From Candidatus Kerfeldbacteria bacterium (GTDB taxonomy: Bacteria > Patescibacteriota > Patescibacteriia > SBBC01 > CAIJZX01), in assembly GCA_903825245.1 (NCBI GenBank), contig CAIJZX010000015.1, positions 28,564 through 92,563 of the forward strand: a stretch of 64,000 nucleotides of DNA, given 5' to 3'. The notes beneath the pieces were generated by a model, which searched no databases, had not been told where the DNA came from, and worked only from the letters and a program-made list of their open reading frames with translations. Made by a program: the position numbers and the translations under genes. Below are positions 59,318 to 64,000 of this stretch, one piece after another; the stretch's first letter is position 1, and each line of letters starts with the position of its first letter.

Positions 59318-60727
59318 ATGTCTCGGCCACTTTTGTTTATATTTCTCATTGCTTTTGGAATCGGTATTGCAACCGGTGAGGTTTTGGTTATACCGATGAT
59401 AGCACTAGCCACCGCGGCGGCTAGTGCTATCGCATGTTTAAGTTTTCGAAAAACAGTGTTAGTTGGGATAGCCGTTCTTGGTATCGCGCTTGGTGCTTGG
59501 CGGACACAAGTATCGTTACAAGCACCAGCCAACGATATTAGCCGTTTCCTTAATCAGACAATAACGTTAACCGGCGATGTGGTACTGCCATCAACCATTT
59601 CAGGTACAGCGCAGAAGTTTGAATTAACCGACCTTACGACAACGCATCAGCAATTTACCGGAAAATTGCTGGTGTCTGTTCCAGCAATACCCGAAATTCT
59701 TCCGGGGAGTCGTGTTCGCGTGTCGTGCGCGATTACCGAACTAACGGCAATATCGCAACGCCGGCAGTGGTCGCACGGCATTCATGCGCGTTGTGCAACG
59801 CTGGACGTCAAAATAATTGGATCAGTAACTTCATGGCGCGCAACGCTGGGAAAATGGCAGGAACAGTTATTATCGTACGTGCGGCACAACTTCAATGAGC
59901 CGCAAGCGTCATTACTGAATGGGATCCTCATCGGCAACACTGATGGTATGCCCGATTATCTTAATCAGGATTTTCAAATTACCGGCACGACGCACATTGT
60001 GGCATTATCGGGTTTCAATGTGACGATTATTATGGCTTTGGTGGTGAATTGGCTGATCAGGATCGTCGGGCGGCGTTGGGCATGGATACCGGCGCTTGTG
60101 TTATTGATTGCCTTTGTGATTATGAGTGGCGCCTCGGCGTCGGTCATGCGGGCGGCGATTATGGCGATTATCGTCCAGATGGGATTATTTATCGGTCGGC
60201 CGATCAGTATCGGTCGTTTGCTAGGGTACACCATTCTGTTGATGGCGTGGGTGAATCCGCTGGTGGTGTTTCACGATCTCGGTTGTCAACTGTCGTTTCT
60301 CGCCACGGTTGGTTTAGTCACGTTGTCGAAACCGTTACAACGAGCGATGCCGTGGGTGAGTGAAAAAGTCGGGTTGCGTGAAAATCTGGCGACCACCTTG
60401 TCGGCGATCATCATGACCGAGCCGTTGTTGCTGTGGCGATTCGGCAGAATTTCATTGGTCGCGCCGTTGGTGAACTTGTTCGTCGTGCCGCTCATTCCGT
60501 TATCGATGGGCGTAGGCTCGCTATTCTTATTGGGCATGTGGGTTCCGCTGTGGGCGGCGCTGACGGTACCGGTGAACGACGCACTCTTGCGGTTGATCGT
60601 GTGGTTCATTACATTCGGCGCGTCACTGCCGCAATCGTTGGTGTATGTCGCGCCGTATGTGGCCGTGATTGGTGGCATTAGTTTTGTGTGGTGCGCCCTT
60701 TGGTTACAGAAACGATATGCCCGGTAG
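59318..60727 (+). CDS. comEC: ComEC/Rec2 competence channel (membrane part)
   Basis: GTTHIVALSGFNV, SASVMRAAIM, QLSFLAT. Confidence 0.93.
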   Translation: MSRPLLFIFLIAFGIGIATGEVLVIPMIALATAAASAIACLSFRKTVLVGIAVLGIALGAWRTQVSLQAPANDISRFLNQTITLTGDVVLPSTISGTAQKFELTDLTTTHQQFTGKLLVSVPAIPEILPGSRVRVSCAITELTAISQRRQWSHGIHARCATLDVKIIGSVTSWRATLGKWQEQLLSYVRHNFNEPQASLLNGILIGNTDGMPDYLNQDFQITGTTHIVALSGFNVTIIMALVVNWLIRIVGRRWAWIPALVLLIAFVIMSGASASVMRAAIMAIIVQMGLFIGRPISIGRLLGYTILLMAWVNPLVVFHDLGCQLSFLATVGLVTLSKPLQRAMPWVSEKVGLRENLATTLSAIIMTEPLLLWRFGRISLVAPLVNLFVVPLIPLSMGVGSLFLLGMWVPLWAALTVPVNDALLRLIVWFITFGASLPQSLVYVAPYVAVIGGISFVWCALWLQKRYAR

Positions 60728-61004
60728 TACAACCTCCAAAACATATTACTATGTCTACGTATTGCAAAGTACTCATAAGGTATATCGCTATATAGGTTTT
60801 ACTCAAGCGCCTGATCGGAGATTACGTGAGCACAATATGGGTATGAACTTTTCAACACGCCCGTACCGGCCATTCAAGATAATATATTTTGAAGGTTGCC
60901 GTTCACGAGTTGACGCGAAGCGACGAGAAAAATATCTAAAAACAACAGGTGGTAGACGTTTCCTAGCAAAGAGATTACAAGATTATTTGTTTACAAAACA
61001 ATGA
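60717..61004 (+). CDS. GIY-YIG nuclease (95 aa)
   Basis: YYVYVL..YIGFT..RRLREHN..REKYLK. Confidence 0.92.
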   Translation: MPGSTTSKTYYYVYVLQSTHKVYRYIGFTQAPDRRLREHNMGMNFSTRPYRPFKIIYFEGCRSRVDAKRREKYLKTTGGRRFLAKRLQDYLFTKQ

Positions 61005-61036
61005 GAAGTTCTATTTTACTAAGTTGTACTACCGGG
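60720..61036. mobile_element. 317-bp TIR element carrying only a GIY-YIG ORF
   Basis: Perfect TIRs CCCGGTAGTACAAC (60720-60733) / GTTGTACTACCGGG (61023-61036); TATG direct repeats at 60716-60719 and 61037-61040. Confidence 0.82.
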
Positions 61037-61037
61037 T

Positions 61038-61913
61038 ATGGCCAAGAAACTTTTTCTTCTCAGCGTTAGTATTGCCGTCTTCGTTTGGTCGTGGATGTCT
61101 GTTCCACGATCAGTTCCGGCGTGCACATTTACCGCGCTCAATGTCGGACAAGGCGACGCAATCCTGATTCAAACGCGCGACCACCAAGATATTCTCATCG
61201 ACGGCGGACCGGATGATTCCGTCGTTGATCGTCTTAGTCATTTTCTTCCGGCCGGTGATCGCGACCTTGAACTCGTCGTACTCACGCATCCACACAGCGA
61301 TCATGTGAACGGTCTGGTACCGGTGACGCAACGATTTACCGTTCATCGCGTTTTGGAAACCGGCGTGCAGTTTACCGAAACAGCGTATGCGGAATGGCAG
61401 ACGATGCTAAAAGATAAGCATATTCCCGTTGACATCGCGCGCGCCGGCCAGAGATACACCGTCGGAGCCGCGACATTCGATGTGCTCTGGCCGGCGCTCG
61501 ACCTTTCACACACCACCATTACTAAAGATAACGCCGCCGAAGGCGGAGGCGTGAACGATACCTCGATCGTCATGAAGTTATCGTGCGGCGGGAGCGCGGC
61601 GATGTTAATGGGCGACGCGTCGAGCGATATTGAGAATCGCATCATCGATGCCGGTGTGGATGTGCATGCTTCGTTATTGAAGGTCGGTCATCACGGCTCT
61701 CGCTTTTCGTCGGGCGTGCGATTTCTGCAAGCAGTGAAAGCGACGTGGGCGGTGATTTCTGTCGGCGCGGGAAACAGCTATAAGCACCCGCATCCGACAG
61801 CATTATTACGCTTGATGCAGGCCGGATTACATATTGTTCGTACCGATCAAGTTGGCGATGTGCGTTTATTTACTGATGGAAAGGGTGGATGGACCCGGAA
61901 TCACAATGACTAA
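61038..61913 (+). CDS. ComEC-associated MBL-fold protein
   Basis: NVGQGDA, THPHSDH, NDTSIV, LKVGHHGS, YKHPH, RTD. Confidence 0.92.
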   Translation: MAKKLFLLSVSIAVFVWSWMSVPRSVPACTFTALNVGQGDAILIQTRDHQDILIDGGPDDSVVDRLSHFLPAGDRDLELVVLTHPHSDHVNGLVPVTQRFTVHRVLETGVQFTETAYAEWQTMLKDKHIPVDIARAGQRYTVGAATFDVLWPALDLSHTTITKDNAAEGGGVNDTSIVMKLSCGGSAAMLMGDASSDIENRIIDAGVDVHASLLKVGHHGSRFSSGVRFLQAVKATWAVISVGAGNSYKHPHPTALLRLMQAGLHIVRTDQVGDVRLFTDGKGGWTRNHND

Positions 61914-62013
61914 CTTGGGGTAATAAAAATGGTGGTGGGATTGACAAAAAGCCCAAATTGGTGTAATACAGAATTATCAGTCAACGAACCTTCACAAACC
62001 TTCGAGGTGCCCC

Positions 62014-62448
62014 ATGTTCCGTCAAATGGTGCAGTTGGTATGCGTCATAATTTTCGGATCGATGTTCAACGCGCAGTTTGCGGTGGCAGCTGACTATGTT
62101 AGCACTGACCACCAGTTGTCGGCTACTGGCTGGACCCAGCGGATGAGCGTCGTTTCCGTCAGCATGAACCGCTCAGTGAACAACTTCTTGTTGGTTGGCG
62201 CCGTTGCATCACTACCATTCGGTGTCGGAAACGATCGCATCGTCCGTGGCCAGGAACCGAAATGGTATCACCGGTACCTGAGCGATCAACCACAACTCAT
62301 GTTGACCGGAGACGTCGGATCCTCGTGGAGACTTTTTCATTGCCTCCAGACGAGAGTGTCGACCGGCGGTGAATACGATTTTAGAAGGTTCGAACAGCGA
62401 TATGTTACCGTCGATGTTCCAGGTGTGACGATCAACTTCACTCGTTGA
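62014..62448 (+). CDS. Hypothetical exported protein
   Basis: Signal peptide, SD GAGGTG, TTGACA at 61941, own terminator. Confidence 0.55.
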   Translation: MFRQMVQLVCVIIFGSMFNAQFAVAADYVSTDHQLSATGWTQRMSVVSVSMNRSVNNFLLVGAVASLPFGVGNDRIVRGQEPKWYHRYLSDQPQLMLTGDVGSSWRLFHCLQTRVSTGGEYDFRRFEQRYVTVDVPGVTINFTR

Positions 62449-62481
62449 TCGTCATTGCCCTCGAGAGCAGATCTTTCGTTC

Positions 62482-62519
62482 AGCCCCGCGCTATTAATCG
62501 GCGGGGCTTTTTCTTTTCT
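62482..62519 (+). terminator. Intrinsic terminator
   Basis: AGCCCCGC-N11-GCGGGGCT followed by T-run. Confidence 0.7.
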
Positions 62520-62572
62520 CGATATGGAAGCTTGAATTGTGATATACTGCCGTTGTATCAATCCACACCCGC

Positions 62573-63457
62573 ATGCCTGAACCCACAATTGTCATTGATC
62601 ATCTCACCAAGCGTTTCGGACGTACAACGGCCGTGAATGATGTTTCATTGACGGTTCAGGCTGGTGAAGTTTTTGGGTTTCTCGGACCGAATGGTGCAGG
62701 GAAAACGACGACCATTCGGTGTATGATGGATTTCTACCGACCCACAGCGGGATCAATTCGGTTGATGGGTTTAGATGCCAACACGGAGGGCGTGCTATCG
62801 CGAAAACATGTTGGTTTTATGCCGCCGGTAACAGCGCTCAATGAAAAATGGACTTCGTGCGAACATTTCGATTACGCGCGGGCTTTACGAAAAGCGCACG
62901 ACCGATCTGCCGAACTCGTGCAGCGTCTGGAGATTGACACCACAAAAACGATAAAACAACTATCGTCCGGAAATCGCCAAAAAGTTTCGTTGGCGATGGC
63001 GTTTATGTTTACGACCGATGTGGTAATTCTCGACGAGCCGACGAACGGACTCGACCCGCTGTTGCAGCAAACGGCGTATGAACTCATCCACGAGGCGCAT
63101 CAACGCGGTGCGACGATCTTTATGTCATCGCACAATCTGGCGGAAGTCGAACGAACGTGTACCCGGGTCGGTATTCTCCGAAACGGAAACTTGATTGCAC
63201 AGGAGACGATGTTGTCGTTGCAGGAGAAGCATCTATACACTGTGCAACTGTGGTTTAATCACGACGTGGCGCCGGCGTCAATAATGCTCCCGAATGCCAC
63301 GGTTATCGTTGCGCAGCCGCGAACGGTGACCCTAAAGTATCAAGGTGTTATGCAACCATTGCTCGATAGCATTGCCCGACTCAAACCGTATGATGTGTCG
63401 ATCAATCACGCCACGCTTGAAGAACACTTTATGACGTTTTATAACCATCAGGTATGA
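62573..63457 (+). CDS. ABC transporter ATP-binding protein
   Basis: GPNGAGKTT, LSSGNRQK, LDEPTNGLDP, SSHNL. Confidence 0.92.
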   Translation: MPEPTIVIDHLTKRFGRTTAVNDVSLTVQAGEVFGFLGPNGAGKTTTIRCMMDFYRPTAGSIRLMGLDANTEGVLSRKHVGFMPPVTALNEKWTSCEHFDYARALRKAHDRSAELVQRLEIDTTKTIKQLSSGNRQKVSLAMAFMFTTDVVILDEPTNGLDPLLQQTAYELIHEAHQRGATIFMSSHNLAEVERTCTRVGILRNGNLIAQETMLSLQEKHLYTVQLWFNHDVAPASIMLPNATVIVAQPRTVTLKYQGVMQPLLDSIARLKPYDVSINHATLEEHFMTFYNHQV

Positions 63458-63861
63458 TGTCTCATGTAGTCATTGGTATTATTACCAGGAAAAACTCCGT
63501 TAATCAAACTGAATTTTTGTTAGTGTCTTCAAAGCGCGATTTTGGCGAATTCAGTGGACGGTATTATCCGCCCGGCGGACATTTGGAGGATGGTGAGGAC
63601 GAGCAAACAGCCCTCATACGTGAAATTAAGGAGGAGACCGGACTCGATGTTATGCCAGTGAAACGGATTGCTGAGACAGCGGCGGACGTAAAAGATCAAA
63701 CGACATACTGGTGGTTATGTGATATTCAAGGTGGCGAGCTACACTTCCAAAAAGACGAGTTGGCCGATGCAGGATGGTTTACTGCTGAAGTCACGAAGCG
63801 GTTGCCACTGTGGCCGATGGTCGAAAAAGTATTTACTGAGCATAACCTTTGGAAGCCATGA
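63454..63861 (+). CDS. NUDIX hydrolase
   Basis: PGGHLEDGEDEQTALIREIKEETG. Confidence 0.9.
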   Translation: MMSHVVIGIITRKNSVNQTEFLLVSSKRDFGEFSGRYYPPGGHLEDGEDEQTALIREIKEETGLDVMPVKRIAETAADVKDQTTYWWLCDIQGGELHFQKDELADAGWFTAEVTKRLPLWPMVEKVFTEHNLWKP

Positions 63862-64000
63862 TTGCCATTATCCTCCGCACATTCCGCGACCGCTGGAAAA
63901 TGTTATTAGCCGTAACAGTGATTGGGGTGGGCACAATGTTGATGTACACGTCGCTGTTCCCGACGTACCGCGACATATTGGCGAAAAATAATCAGCTGTA
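63858..64000 (+). CDS. ABC-2 permease (3'-truncated by window)
   Basis: Hand-translated MIAIILRTFRDRWKMLLAVTVIGVGTMLMYTSLFP; ATGA overlap. Confidence 0.7.
   Translation, partial: MIAIILRTFRDRWKMLLAVTVIGVGTMLMYTSLFPTYRDILAKNNQL

Noticed and set aside
60720-61036. Group I intron or spliced fusion of comEC and the MBL gene
   Set aside because: There is no room for an intron core, and removing the element gives overlapping genes in different frames rather than a fusion.
1-64000. CRISPR array, rRNA, prophage or DDE transposase
   Set aside because: No regularly spaced repeats, rRNA signatures, phage genes or transposase ORFs were seen.

Overview
A 64-kb chromosomal window, almost all on the + strand, from a bacterium using code 11 (prfB with its programmed +1 frameshift is present). 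By inference it is a Patescibacteria/CPR genome, probably ABY1-like: it has a giant pilin-anchored Ig/IPT protein, Asn-Thr-rich linkers, a split ComEC and few Shine-Dalgarno sites. Contents in order: a SUF operon interleaved with cargo genes; class F sortase and SOD; a type IV pilus cluster; a promoter-driven structured RNA (probably 6S) and tRNA-Pro; an accessory block (DUF4145, PadR, ABC systems, frameshifted ECF sigma, PAS protein, B12-binding remnant); tRNA-Val-lepB-hisS; rpsU-yqeY; a 2315-aa surface protein; ybeY-dgkA-ftsA-ftsZ; a B12 module (nrdR-nrdJ, adenosyltransferase, cobalamin riboswitch, DUF4430/DUF6580 genes); htrA; prfB; glmS; comEC; and an ABC system. The most striking observation is a 317-bp transposase-free element (60720-61036) carrying only a GIY-YIG nuclease ORF. 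It has perfect 14-bp terminal inverted repeats and a TATG target duplication at a host start codon, which it uses as its own start. A 71-bp MITE-like element with similar ends and a 4-bp duplication sits in frame in a prepilin leader (13840-13910). All family assignments come from motif recognition by eye; no database searches were run.
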